Shown here: positions 13,895-28,160 of the stretch, in pieces | Layout: the number at the start of each line of letters is the position of its first letter | How positions within the stretch are numbered: position 1 is the stretch's first letter | Origin: Salpingoeca rosetta | Taxonomy: Eukaryota > Protista > Choanoflagellata | Direction: 5' to 3' | Assembly: GCA_033442325.1 (NCBI GenBank) | Contig: JAWQFM010000013.1 | Coordinates: forward strand, 334,069-398,068 | Length of the DNA stretch: 64,000 nucleotides | Made by a program: the position numbers and the translations under genes | The notes under the pieces: generated by a model | Told to the model about the DNA's origin: nothing | The model's input: only the letters and a program-made list of their open reading frames with translations | The model's database searches: none

Positions 13895-14078
13895 ATCTGT
13901 GGCTGAACTTGGTTGCACTTACGCGCGTTTGCGTTTCGTGTTTACTTGTTCGTGATTCTGGTGTGGTGTTTTCGATGCCTGTGAATGCTGGCTATATTTT
14001 GTTTGACACAAATTTGTGCGAGCACCTGTGTCGCCTCACTGGTATGTTTGTTGTGCCCTGTGCACGTGTGTGTGTGCG

Positions 14079-14150
<72 letters not shown>

Positions 14151-14244
14151 CCAGGTCGCTGATGTGCCGGGCTTGTTCCAGGGCGAGTATTTCCCGTATG
14201 TCAGCTTCTCTGTCAGACTTGACCACTTTGTCAGTAAGAAGTAG
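10857..14244 (+). CDS. ATP6V1C: V-type proton ATPase subunit C (multi-exon)
   Basis: Spliced GT-AG exons give MSAFALVSVP..., [108 protein letters not shown]...SKK*. Confidence 0.96.
11762..11827. repeat. Exact 33-bp tandem duplication in an ATP6V1C intron
   Basis: GAAGTACGAAGGCATCTACCCTTTGACTTAAGA occurs twice, adjacent. Confidence 0.95.
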
Positions 14245-14346
14245 ACGGCAGTCCACGCCCTCAATTGCCGGCCGTAGCAGCAGCAACCCCCGCTCTCGGG
14301 ACCCCTATCCAGTCGTAGGACAAGAACTCAGGCGTGCAACAATTGC

Positions 14347-14347
<1 letters not shown>

Positions 14348-14425
<78 letters not shown>
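14348..14425. repeat. (TG)n microsatellite 3' of ATP6V1C (representative of dozens of CA/TG tracts)
   Basis: Pure TG run. Confidence 0.98.
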
Positions 14426-14427
<2 letters not shown>

Positions 14428-14813
14428 GTGGCGTTGGGTGCGGTTGGTTTTTGTTTTGTTTTTGTTTTGTTTTTGTTTTTTCATTTTCCCATGTTCTCAT
14501 GGCAAGGTTGCTCGCCCTCCACCATTTCAAGCGATGTATTGCACTTTGCCGATGAACAAACGATAAAAACGCCAAGCAGCGAGACTCGCATCAAATCGCA
14601 CGTGCACAACTCGAAACATGCCGCGAGATGCCACAGTGACTTTGGCCTCCCACGACAAAGGAAGCTGTCCCATCACGCCAACGTACACGCACACACACAC
14701 ACTGAAGAGACAAGAAACACGTGATGTTGGTGTTTTGTTACGTCTGCTGCTTGGCTTTGTGGGTTTTGCCCTCTGGGGCTGGGGGCGGAGATGACGTGTC
14801 AATTGCAGAATGG

Positions 14814-15837
14814 TTACATGGAGCCAGCTTGAACAACCTGTAACACAGGGTGTTGCCGAACAATGAATGAGGCGGGAGGGGGTGCATGTACGAGGATGTG
14901 GCTGTCAGTGAGTATTGTACATGGCGAGCACGCCGAAACAACCACAACAGTCGTTGTGCCATGCCTCATGACAACAACACGTAATGGATTCACAAATAGA
15001 AAGACACGCGGACAAACACACACACACACACACTTGTACACACACAGACACACACACGATTGTACATCTACAGACACACACACAGACACACACTTGTACG
15101 CACAGACACACACGACCTACGTCTGCTGGTGGCGGACAGTTACGCTCCCACTTGGACCCATCCAGCGATGTGCATGCTATTTGAGCACGGGCAATCATTA
15201 CAAAGTGCGCGTGTGGATTAGAAACGGTCAACGGGTTGTTTTGAAGCGTTGCAGAATGTTCGGCTCAGTTTAGGACTGGGAGATGGCACACAGCGGCAAC
15301 AAACACGCAAGCACGCACAAACACACGCACAAACATACGCACAAACACATGCACAAACACACACACACAAACACACACACAAACACACACATACGCACGC
15401 ACGCACAAACACACACACAAACACACACACAAACACACACATACGCACGCACGCACAAACACACATACGCACGCACAAACACACACATACACGTGAAGGC
15501 TCGGAAAACCATGACAAATACAAAAGCTTACGTCGGTATGGGTCGGGGTGTTTGTTACTCTCAAACTTGGCCTGTATGTGTTGGAAAGGAGACAATGGAT
15601 GGATGAACACAGTGAGAAACAAACCAGAGGAATGGTAGCAAACAAAGTGTGACACTGCAGCGGTGGGGTTTGAGGGTACGATGACGCTTCACAGGATAGA
15701 GAGCAGCGAGCAAACAGGCATTCTTCCGACAAGCAGCTTGATGTGTACACTTAGCGCGCACACACACACATCGACGCACTTCCGGGTGCACACACACACA
15801 CACACACACACATCGCCGCACTTGCGGGTGCATGCAT

Positions 15838-15902
<65 letters not shown>

Positions 15903-16077
15903 GCTCTGCTGCCAGGAGCTTTGCCGCCTCAGCAGGGTTTGCGGTGCGGTGCGTCTCAAAACGTTGGCGAATGGTTGCCGCGTGCTTCATCCAAACACCA
16001 CGATCAACAGCCCAAGACTTGCTGTCCTTCAGCATATGTCTGTAGAGCCGCAAAACAGCTTGCTTGTGTGCCGTCAT
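14814..16077 (-). CDS. NDUFB9: NADH:ubiquinone oxidoreductase subunit B9 (B22), LYR-family; 4 exons
   Basis: MTAHKQAVLRLYRHMLKDSKSWAVDRGVW...IRQRFE / AKFESNKHPDPYR / PCTSLDGSKWERNCPPPAD / VVQAGSM*. The LYR motif plus HPxPY and GSKWERN are typical of B22. Confidence 0.9.
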
Positions 16078-16266
16078 CTTGCTTGTTCTGTGTGTTTGGT
16101 GGGTGCGTGAGTGTATCTGCTGCGGTGGTTTGTGAGTGCTGCAGTCACAGTCAAACGACAATTGGTGAATGTTATCAACAACATTTCCGAACTTCGCTGG
16201 CCAAACAGCAGCAAGCAAGAGCACAAACGGGCAGGAACAGCAAGTCGCAGCACCATCAACATCACC
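16078..16266. promoter_or_regulatory. Probable bidirectional promoter between NDUFB9 and TRAPPC8
   Basis: Divergent start codons ~190 bp apart. Confidence 0.6.
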
Positions 16267-18087
16267 ATGGCGCCGACCAAGGAGCTGGTGCAGTCGCTGT
16301 TTGCACCAAATGTCCTTGTGCTCTGGACAAAAGAAGCAGAGGCAACATGCATGCAACGTGGGCTCTCGTGCAAGCATCTTTTGGCTCCCTTTGGTCAGTT
16401 TAGCCCTGTGCTTTTCCCCTCACTTTGTGCGCTCTCTGTCTGTCCCCAGCTTCAGCGTGACTGATGAAGGCATGCTTGAATGAGTGCTTGCATGAATGCT
16501 TGCCCGTTTTTACAACCGGAACCATGCTTTTTTTTTTCTCTCTCTCTTTCATGCTCGTACCCCAACACCTTGCCACCTCTACACTCTCTCCCGCAACCCA
16601 AACCCTTCTTGTGTGCGTCTGTGCTTCATTCCATGCCATGTTGCAGGTCGATCACGCAGCCAGGCTCCTGATGTTCAATTTCGCACCCTGGTGAGGTTGA
16701 TCAAACTCGTACTTTGACATCAGAACAGAGCACGACAGCTGATGTAGTTGTTCTTCGCGGTTGTGCGTTCGTGCTCCTCGTACCACTGTTTTCGTCTGCG
16801 TGTGCTTGTACCTTTCTCAACACGGTCGCGTTGTTGTGGAACCCCCATTCGTGTTCTAGGATGACCTTCGCCCCCTAGTTGTGGAGGACGGCATCGCCCA
16901 GACGAAAGCAGCGGTTACTCAACATGAAGGCCTGTGTGAAGACTGGAACATTGGATCAGGTGTGTGGGGGTGGGTGCGTGTGCGTGTATGGGTGTGTGTA
17001 CTCAAGGTGGTTGCGGGAATGTATGCAAACTTGAAGTGGTGATTTGTGCGGACTGGGTATGCACTGCCTTCTTCCCCCAAAAGCCACTGCTTTCATGCTT
17101 GCCAACAAGTGCTTTGCGCATTGCTCACACTCGTGTTCCGCTGGTGTCATGCCACCCTTGCCGACCTGCACACATACACCATACACGTCACAGGCGTTGC
17201 GCCGTGGTTCAACGACTACTGCCACCACTTCTTCTCCCTCATGCGCCCGTGTGACCACGAGTTCTTTGGCCATCCGCTCCTCCGCATCGTCCTCTGCACT
17301 GCCAAGGGCGACGACCCCATCACATCCATCGCCTCCTCCCTCTCCTCCCAGGTCCGTCCGTCTGTGTGATGTGTGCTGATGTGATGATGATGCGTGTGTG
17401 AGAAAGGAAGTGTGCCGACGTGGTGCATGCGGTCGTATGCCTGTGTTTTCGTGTGTCTGCGTCTGAGTGTGTGCCTGAGTGCGTGTGTCTGTGTGGCCTG
17501 TGTGTTCATGTCGGAATCAATGCTGATATGTGCACTGCCTGTGTCTCATCTGTCGATTCAATCACTGCTGACCCTGCCTTCAAATGCACATACGCCCTCA
17601 AACAACAACAACAACAAACACAACGCACACTCACTTGTCTTGCCTGTGTGCTCCGTGTCGCCCCACTGCTGGTCCAATCTTCACTACCACCACTCTGCAG
17701 AAGCAACGGGATGCCTTTTCTGCGTTTCCGTATGTTTCCCAGGACATTCCCACGTGTTATCTCCTCCTCTCTGACCATCATGACGACGATGCAACTGTGA
17801 CCGCCTTCTTGCAGGTCTGACACCATGTGACACGTGTCTTTGTCTGTCCATTTCTTCTGCACATGCTGTGTCCATGATTGTCTCAGTTCTTTGTTTGTTT
17901 TGTTTGTTTGTGGTGTTTGCATGCATTAGCGTCTGCGTCACTTTTCGGCTTACCATTGTCACATGACACTTCCCACCTGTACACGCGTGTACGGTCACAG
18001 AGGCTATCCAATGATTTCGGCTCCAAGAACTGTTTTCATGTCCCGCTACAGCAAGGTTGGTACTTGAGCAAATGCAACACTTGCGCG

Positions 18088-18162
<75 letters not shown>

Positions 18163-19215
18163 AAACACACACGCACGCACAAACGCTCTGTGCACCTGTG
18201 CCCTTACTTGCAAATTGTGGCTTCAACAAATTCATGTCCCCATGTCACACCATCCGCGCGACGCGCGTCCCCTCGAATTCCGCCAATACCCCACTCGCTC
18301 ATACACACCCCACACGCTCATGCACATACACACCACCACCATCACCACCATCACCACCATCAGCAGCAGATGGCGACGAGGAACAGGATGTGTCGGACGT
18401 GTGGACGACTGCACTGCCGGCGCTCGCCTCCGCCGCCCAATCCCGCCCACAGAGCACAACAGAAGGTGCCCAATCATCGTGCCAGCGTGTCACACGCACA
18501 CACAAGAATCCAATCAACACATGCACATACACGCACGTGCTCACACACACACACATGTACATGTTTACACACGTAAACAAATACCAACCCCTGCCTTTCT
18601 TGTTCCTGTGTGTGCACTTTTCCCCAAAACGCCAGAGCCGACAGCGCCGCCCGTTGATGCCGACCCCCTCTCCGCCATGGCGTCAATGGCAAACGCGGTA
18701 CGCAAATGTGAAGTTTCTTTCGTTTTTCGTTTTTTTTTTTTTTGGGGGGGGGGGGGGGGGCCTTGTGCAGCTACGTGGCAAGCTGGCGCAGCCTTTTATT
18801 GTGCGGCTGTGCGAAACACGACGCTGAGAGCCACCACTTGTGTAATGTCACACCATCTCATGCACAACGTGCGCTGTTGGATGACTCTGCCGCTTCTCTC
18901 CTTCCACACATTCACCACACACACGCCACACACACACACGCCACACGTACACACACACTCACACACACACAGGATCCTGAGCGAGTCGGGCTTGCAGCCG
19001 GGTTTTGCATCGCGGATGTGCAGAAGCTCAAGGACACATGTGCAGCAATTGTCGACACGGCGCTCGTGCCGGCCGTTCGCCACCATGCGCAGCTCCTCTC
19101 CGCCGAGGTCCCGACTGCACGTGCTCCCTATCCGTCTCTGTCTGCACCACCCGTCGTTGTGTCCACGTGTACATCTGTCTGTCTGTCTGTCTGTCTGTCT
19201 GTGCACGTGTGTGCG

Positions 19216-19255
<40 letters not shown>

Positions 19256-21836
19256 GATATGCCTGTCCGTACCTGCGTGCTTATGCTGATGCGTGCGTTT
19301 GTCAGTCTCTTTGTCTTCTTCCTCAAATCGAATGGCAAGGGTCTTATATTTTCTCGCTGTCGTATGGTGTCCAGGTCACCGCCACGCGCAAGAGTCGATC
19401 AACGTTTCTAAACGCCACTCGGAAGTGGTTTTCGAGCGGAAAATCGGCCCAGTCTGGCACTGGCCAGGATCCCTATGCCCCAGATTCGTTTGAGATGCAG
19501 ACACGCCGCCTTGCTGACTTGCTCTTTATGATCAAGGTGCCAGCCCACGACCCGCAACACCCTTGCGCCAGGCATGACGGACCCGTGGCCTGTCCCCGCG
19601 CCCTCCTCCTCCAACTTGCTCACAAGCGTACGTGCATGCATGCGTGCGTGCTGTTGTCTGTATTGCTTTTGCAGGAATACGACGACGCGTACCAGCACTA
19701 CCGCCACCTACGCAAGGACTTCAACAACGACCGCTCGTGGAAGCATCTCGCCGGCGCCAACGTACGCCCCGCCAATATCTGCAGCCACATGCGTGAAGCT
19801 TTTGCTTCTCCTCCTCCTCCCCTTCCTGTTGCTCATCACTACCTCCTTCACCACCCCGTCGTCACAATCCACATTCTCACCCCCTCACACGCACACGAAC
19901 CCACACCTTTCGTTCGCCGTCCTCTGCCCCCCCCCCGGCCACCATCGCCACCTGACCGTTGCCCAGGAAATGCTTGCTGCGTGCATGCTGCTTGATCCGC
20001 GTCTGGACCAGGGCAGATACGAGAGCCGGCAGCTGTTTGAGAGCGCAATGGCCACGTATAACAAGTCTGGCATGCCTTTCCACACCGCGCGCGTTGCCAT
20101 CACCGCTGCTGCAGATTTCACTGCCCGCACCCAACATGCGGACGCGGTGAGCTGATGTGGCTCATCCTCCTGCACAGTGGTCGTGCGGACGGTCGTGGTA
20201 GTGGTGGTGGCGGTGGTGGTGCTTTGTATATTGAGTGGGCGTCTGTCTCCTCGTCACGTGGGTGTGCTCACCCTGTCCATCCCTCATTGTCTTGCACATT
20301 CTTGTGTCATCATGGTGTGTGAATCCACGTGCCAACCTCACCATCTGTCGTTCATGCGTGCGCATTTGTGTGTGTGTGTGTGTGTGTGTGCATTGTGTAG
20401 GCGGCCACGTTTGTGCGCGTTGTCTCGGAGGAGTCTGATCTGCGCAGTGCCATTTTCCTCGAACAGGTCATCCCCACTCGCCCTCCATCTGCGTTTCCCA
20501 CCACACACGCATGCGTACACGCACACACGCACACACGCACTATGCATGCAAGGCGTTGCGGATCAACGTGCACCTACTTCGGGTATTTGTTTTTCACACG
20601 TATGCATGCACATGCACATGCACATGCACATACACATGCACACGTGTGTCCGTTGCATGGACCAGGCTGCGACGTGCTACTTTGCATCGCCGTCATCGCG
20701 CCGCAAGGCCGCATTCCACCTCGTCCTTGCCGCTTTTCGCTTCATCAAGGCGCACCAGCGCATGCACGCCCGCAGATGCTACGTACAGGTACGGTTGTAC
20801 TGTGCAGTGAAGGGTTTAACGCGCACAGAAGGGGGGGGGCGGGTTGACTCGGCGGAGTGACACCGTGTGATCACGGACATGTGTTTGCTCACCTCTGACG
20901 CCTCCCGCATGTGATGTGCTGTGTTGTGTGTGCTGTGGTGTGCTGTGGTGTGGCGTGTTAGGCTGAAAAGTTGTTTTCGGGTCTTGGGTGGCAGCACATT
21001 GAGGATCACATCCACCAGTCGCTGGCCAGACAATGCGAACAACTGGGCCTCCTCCATGTGCGTAGCCGTTATTTGTTGCGCGAGCCGCTGCCGTTTCCTG
21101 CTGATATTTGCTGTTTACATCGTTGTTTTCACCTTCACTGCACATCCTCGCATGAACAGCCCTGACGCCATTGCAAATGTTCACCGAAAAACATCCACTC
21201 ACATATGCACGCAAAGTCACGCGTCCGCTCACTACATACAACCTCACGCCAACACAATTACGTTCCCACACACGTCGCTGTCGCCTTTACAGAAAAGCAT
21301 TGACGCATATGCGCATGTGCTTCGCGAATGTCCCGGCAGTGCTCGCTCCCACAGCGATGTGCTCGGCACTTTCATGCACCTCTACCGGTATGCCGCTCAC
21401 ACGTCGTGGCTGTCACGTCCATTGATTGCGCCCATGTTTATGAGCTGCCCGTTTGATGATGAGGGGGGGCGAATGAATGCGTGCAGTGCATGCACCTGCG
21501 CAGAGCAAACACTCAGCACAACCCATAACAGATCAGACCCAAACACGCGTTCTCGCTGCACTTCCAAACATGCCCAACGCCTCCTTGCCACTCGCCAACG
21601 CCTTCCCGCTTGCCTTCCTGTAGGCACCTGCAGGAGAGTGAGGACGCCGCGTCCGCGCCCCCTCCACTTCCTGTTCCAATCGTCAACAAGAACATTCGTG
21701 TCCGCCTTCAGCTGCAGGCTAATACACAAGTGTGTACTTTTTGAAACATACTTGTACATGTATGGCTGTGTGTGTGTGTGTGCGTGCGTGCGTGTGCGCG
21801 CGTGTGCGTGCGTATGTGTATGGTTGTGCGTGCGTG

Positions 21837-21879
<43 letters not shown>

Positions 21880-23134
21880 AAATACGTGTTGTACATGACC
21901 AGAGTTCCATGCAAACGAGTCACCCACACGCAACATGTCACTTCTCCTGGATAGGCAGCACACATCTCCCAACAGGAGGAAAAGGTTGCGGCGTTTATGA
22001 ACAAGCCTCAGGTTCGTACCAACCCGGCTTCCTCCAATAGCGCCCAAATGAGACAGTGTCACAACACGCACACGCACGTGAATGCCTGCAGACACACCTT
22101 CAGACACGCACATTTTAACACGCACTCACACACACACGCACACACGCACACATCTTGCGATGCCATCCACCCCTGTTGTGCACCCATACACCACCGCGTG
22201 TGCCAGGTTCATCAGGCCGCGGTGCTGAGCGACAAGACGACCAACACCTCGCCGGCGACAGTCGTTGTTGAAGAGCCCGTTGGTGTTGAATTCCAGCTCA
22301 CGAATCCTCTGGCCACTTCGCTCCGCCTCACCGCCGTACGCCCACACGAGTGAATCGCCTGCTGTGCTCCGTGTGTCTGTGTGTGTGTGTGTCTGTCTGT
22401 CTGTCTGTCTGTGTGCGTCTGTGTGTGTCTGTGTGTGTGTGTGTGTGTTCATGTGTTTGTTTGTTTGTTTGTTTGTTTGTGTGTGTGTGTGGTTAACACG
22501 CTGCATTACGTATGCATTTGCTTTGCTATTTACGTTGCGCGTTGAGTCGTTTGTTGAGTGCCGTCGATTGTCATGGACAATGCCGCAGCCGTGCTCACCG
22601 CCACCCAACCCTCCCCCCCCCCCAACATCACCGTGCCCTGCCCCAATGCGCGCAGCTCAAGCTCGTGTGCACGCTGGTCGATGCTGATGGCAACGAGTGC
22701 AAACCGGACCAGCTTGAGCTCACGGAGATGGTTGAGATTGAAATGGGCGCTGGCGAGGATGTTGATGTTGTCCTCACCGCCATGCCACTCACACAGGGCA
22801 CACTTCACGTCAAGGGCATCAGGTTCGCCCATGCAAATGAGGCATCAACTGCTGTGTGTGATGGTGTGTTGGGGGGGGGGCGGTTTATGTGTTGTAATTT
22901 GCGTTGCTATTCGAGTGCCATTTTGCTTCCCTGGTCATCCATACCGCCAAGAACCGCACTCGGTCCTCGCCCACGCACAACCCCGACCTCTTGCCTGTTC
23001 CACGTCGTCCTTGATTTGTGCTCCACACTCCACAGGTACAACATCCATCTTGGCCAATCGGAAATTGCTGGCCAGCAGCCGCTGTTGGTCCGCGGCAAAC
23101 GCTTGAACTCAACACACGCCGAGCGAACAGGTAC

Positions 23135-23210
<76 letters not shown>

Positions 23211-25605
23211 CTGCTGGCACATGAGAGATACTGTGCACGGCAATGAACGAACCCCCACCAACACATGTTACGGCTTACATCACGTTTCGCGTTGTTTCTG
23301 TCGCCACCAGCGTGCGTGTATGCACCAGACAAGCGGTTGGACTTGCGAGTTGTCTCTGCAAGCCCCCTCTTCACTTACCAGGTGCGCATGTTCGTGTTCA
23401 TATGTTGTGGGGTGTCGTAGTTGTGGGACTTGGCTGAATATCTCCTTATTGGTTTCCTTGACAACAACACACACTCATACCCACGCTCACACTCACACTC
23501 ACACTCACACTCACACTCACACTCACACTCACACTCACACTCACACTCACACTCACACGCACGCCCACTGTGTTTCAACGTGGTCCTGGTGGCAGAGCAC
23601 TCCTCTTCCTGCGGAGGTGTTGCGTGGGCAGGTTGTGACCGTGGAGGTGGATGTCAAGAATCAGGGAACAGCACCAACCGCCAACGTCGTCTGCGTCTTT
23701 CCAGAGTGCGTGTCATCAACGTCATGTGTGTGTGTGTGTGTGTGTGTTTGTTTGTTTGTGTGTTTGTTTGTGTGTGTGTGTGTGTGTGCACGGAATGGAC
23801 GCAGCAGCCTTGGGTATCCTGTTGAACGTTGACTTGCCTTGCAGGTGTCCACCTCTATCTTTTCGTGCACGGTTGTGTGCATGCGGGTGTATGTGTTGTG
23901 TATGAAGTAGGCCTCCTGCCCGGGTGTACCTGCATCTTGCTCACTGGTTTGGCTTGTCCCTCTGCAGACATGCGTGGAAACCGCACATTGAGCTTGAGGA
24001 TGGCACGCAACTGCCAGCGGAGGTGCAATTTACGCTGACATTCCACTCTGCTTGCTGTGCTGTTGACTCTGCTCTTGTCTGCACACCTCTACTTCTCGAC
24101 AGCTCACACACAAGCGCCACGCCGACTGACTGCTGTGCACAGGGCCAATGCGTAGACCTCTCCTCGGTGGTGCAACTTTCCCCTGGCGATGCCACGCGTT
24201 TCCGCGCGCGCTTCCAAGTGGCCCCGCACGCGCCAGATGCGTTTGCGCTGTGCATTGGCTACCGTGGACAGAACCCACCGCAGCAGCTTCCCTATCGTAT
24301 GGTCACGCTCTCCTGCCGCATGCGCGCAGCAGAGGGTCCCGCCGTCACCGCCACCATCATTCCAACATCGGCAACGCGCGCCCTGCTTCGCCTCGTCTTC
24401 TCCCCGGTGCCTAAGGATGTGCAGCTGTGCGAGTGCTTATTGCGCAACTCGCACTGGATGCTGGACACGAGCACCATCATTGCAGACCACGCCCTCCCAC
24501 CAACGCCTGGTGCCACCCGTGTTGCCCTTTTGCCGTGCGTGCCCGCTACCAGCGCGCCGTCTGCACTTCCGCCAGCCGTTTCACTACAGGTCCCCACCAA
24601 CAGCACTGGTGCTGCTGGTGCTGCACAGTGGCGACTGCCTGCGTTTTCTTCGGATGACGGTGTTCATGTGCTGTGGGAGCGCAATACGCAGCTTGGCCTT
24701 GCCATGGCATCCTTGTCCAGCGGTCAGTATTCTTGGCTTTTGGCAGAGGTGTGTGTGTGTATGTGTGTGTGTTGCATCATTGCGAGAATGTGGTAGACAC
24801 ACACACATGCACACACGTGCGCACACACGCACCGCATACGTTGCGTTCTGCATCGTCATGGCTTTGTCATACGCCACTGATGTACGAAACACCCTTTCTC
24901 GACTTTTAGGCAGCAACACGGCGGGCTCGCCCACAGCCTTCATTGACGTGCGCAAATCATCAAGCTCCGACGCTAGTGATGCAGAAAACAACAGGCAAAC
25001 CAGCTGTGTTCACCCCTTCGTGTGTGGCACTGGGTTCACGCCCAGTGAGGAACTTGTGGTGCAAGTGTCACAGAAGTACGTTCGCTCCCACCATCGACCT
25101 CATACACTCTCCCCCGCCCCCAGCCTTGTGCGCATACACACACACACATGAATTTACGTTGCTCTTGTCTCACACGATCGCCGTACGTGCATTCACTTTA
25201 TGTGCTCCTTGGCGCTTACATTGTTCCACAGCAGCAATTCATCGGGGGCAAGATGGCTTGGCAAGGTTCGCACGTTTGTTTGTGTGCTTGTGTGCTTGTG
25301 TGTGTGTGTGTGTGTGTTTTGGTCTCTATCTGAATGCGCGTTTGACAGATAAGACTGTCCTTTCTAACATGGTCCTTCAATCTTCACTCTAACACCAACC
25401 TCTCCACCACCCCACCACAACCATCACACCCACCTCCACCACGCAGGAGCGGTACGTGATCGCCGCGGACGAGCAAGGGCAGTTTAGAATACAGATGACT
25501 GCGCTTGTGCTCACCGCGGGCCAGACGGTGCTCGACGGCCTTGTCGTCATCCAAACATCCACTTCCGCCGAATTGCACGTGCAGTCTGCAGCTGTCACTG
25601 CATGA
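16267..25605 (+). CDS. TRAPPC8: Trafficking protein particle complex III subunit 8 (Trs85), many exons
   Basis: [19 protein letters not shown]...[16 protein letters not shown]...[106 protein letters not shown]. Confidence 0.9.
23136..23210. repeat. (CAA)n immediately after a TRAPPC8 splice donor
   Basis: Follows ACAG|GTACA. Confidence 0.95.
23487..23556. repeat. (CACACT)n intronic hexamer repeat
   Basis: Direct reading. Confidence 0.93.
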
Positions 25606-25972
25606 GCGAGGGTTGCCTCTGTGATTATCTTCCGTGTTCCTTGTCCCTTGGTTGCTGTTATTGTCCTTCTTCCTTCCTCCTTGTGCGCGCACGTCTCCTT
25701 GGTTCTGCATGTGTTCCTCATGACACCTCATCCCTACACTAACTCCCCTTCCCGCTTACTCCCCTGCCCGCTTAGCTTTTGGCTTGCTTGCTTGCTTGGC
25801 ATGAATTTCAATACAGCAACAACTTGGCTCAAGCAACAACTACACATACACACACGGAAATCACAAACAGTGCGCAAGGGTGAAAACAACGTGTGCCCAC
25901 AACAAACGCACACACGCAAACAGCTGCAGACGTGTGCTCGACGACTGGAGCATGTTAATGAGAGCAGGCAGC

Positions 25973-26305
25973 CTAGTATGAGCGGCCGACAAGTGTCCAC
26001 TGCACGTTGGTGGAGCTGCAGGCAGGATGGATGCACTGTAAACACCACAAGCACAGGCCAGGACGGCGGTGGTGAGTAAGAGGAAAGTACTCGCTGACAG
26101 GACAAAACAAAAGCCAGCCGCCTGCAAACAGACCATGCTCCACAACAATGCACTAAACACACATGCACAACCAGACGCACCTTGGTGCCCTCAGGCATGG
26201 CGGGCTGGTCAAAGGGGATGCAGAGGCTCTTGGCGCCCATGGCAGGGGCAGTCGGGTCATCTGAGACAACACGGTGAATTTAACCAGCAACACGCATGAC
26301 GCAGT

Positions 26306-26351
<46 letters not shown>

Positions 26352-28096
26352 TTAGTCATTGAGTGCGTGAGTGCGTGAGTGCGTGAGCATCAGTCACGCC
26401 ATGTGAGGGGGCAGGAAGTGCACCTTCAGGATGACTGTGAATGTGGTGTCGAGACATTGGGGGAGAGAAAGAGGGAGAGACACAAAGACTGCGCTGCGCA
26501 ACTCACGAGGGTTCTTTGACTCGCTGTCCTTCTTGACGGCGGCCTCACAGGTCTTGTCGCCGCAGAAGGGAACAAGAAGCAGGTTCTTCTCGTTCAAAAG
26601 TGGGGCCACTTCCTCCCACCTGCAGCGGAGTGAAATGGCGCGTGTGCGAATTATGCGGGCGAGGTCAAAGATGAGGGAGTGGTGGTGGTGGTGGAAAAAG
26701 TAGAGAACAAGGTGCAGCACCAGCAAGCCGACGAAGAAGACACACAAATACACAGGACAGGAAGCACAAGCAGCACAGGCAGCACAGGCGACTACGGATA
26801 CTCAACACACGCACATACACACACACACCAAAACGCGTCTGACATCCAACACAAAACGCGCGCAAGACCACAGGCAAGCAACCGACATATGAACACACAC
26901 AGTTTTTACACGCGCGCACTGTTGATAAACGCACTTGGTGGTCTGCTTGACGTGGTCATCGCGCTCAACCTTCGCCTTCTCAAACATCATGGCGTGGATG
27001 GCCTTGAGCTTCTCCTGTGTACATAGGCCACAGAGAGCGACAAGCAGCGACAGGCGCAAAGATGAGGACACGCGTGAGACCAAGAAGTTAGCAGTTGGGG
27101 CGTCCCATCACCGCAAGATACTGCTCAGCAGTGGCAGCACTCACAAAACAACAACAGAACGAACGTGCACACACACACACACACCCACACACACACACAC
27201 ACACAAATGCAGATGCACAGACATGTACACACCAACATAAATGCACCTGCACACGCAAACAAACAACCCAACAAACACCCAGGTGGCGGTGCGTGACTTG
27301 CCGGGATGGCGGTGGCGAGGGTGTCGCGGGCAAGGGTCAGCTTGTCACCGGTGCAGCGCACGACAGCGACCACCTGGTTGCTCTCCATGTCCCGTGGGCC
27401 AACCTCAATGCGCAGGGGAACGCCCTGGACACGGAATGGACAGCACAAACAAGTGAGTTTGTGTGTGTGTGTGTGTGTGTGTGTATTGACAGGATATGAG
27501 GACAAGGGTGGACAAGTCGAGCAAGGTCTCAACAGACCCAAATGGAGAGTGCATCGCAGTCTCACTCCATGTTGTGTTCTCAATTAGCTCAGCCACAAAG
27601 TGGCCCCGCGCACGCACACACACGCACGCACACACGTACAGCGAGCGCACCTTGAGCTCGTAGTGGTTGTACTTCCACGGGGGAGAGACGTGGAGGTCGA
27701 GGTCGGCGTGGGCGCGAATACCCGCGCGCTTGAGCTCATCTTATCATGTTGTTGGTGTGGGGAGGTAGTGTGCAAAGCGTGGAAAAAACGTGAGTCAGTG
27801 AGTGTAAGTGAGTGAGCAAGTGAGTCAGTGAAGAAGGGTGAGAGGTGACGAAGGAGAAAGAACACGAGTAAAGAAACAACTGAAAAAGAACGAAACCAAG
27901 CAGAAGAACAAAACCCCCCGAGAGAGAGAGAGAGCAAGTGGAAGTGGCAGGATGCAGCACCTTCAATGGCGCGGGCCTCGGCAAGGAGCTTGTCGCGCTT
28001 GTCGTCGCCCAACTTGGCGCTGAGACCCGTGGGGATGACGGCAACCTGGATGCATGCAACCCGGGGCGGCAGCACCAGACCCCTGGTCGCACCAAC

Positions 28097-28160
<64 letters not shown>

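Noticed and set aside
23136-23210. Apparent polyQ tract in TRAPPC8
   Set aside because: It lies just after a GT donor, so it is intronic rather than coding.
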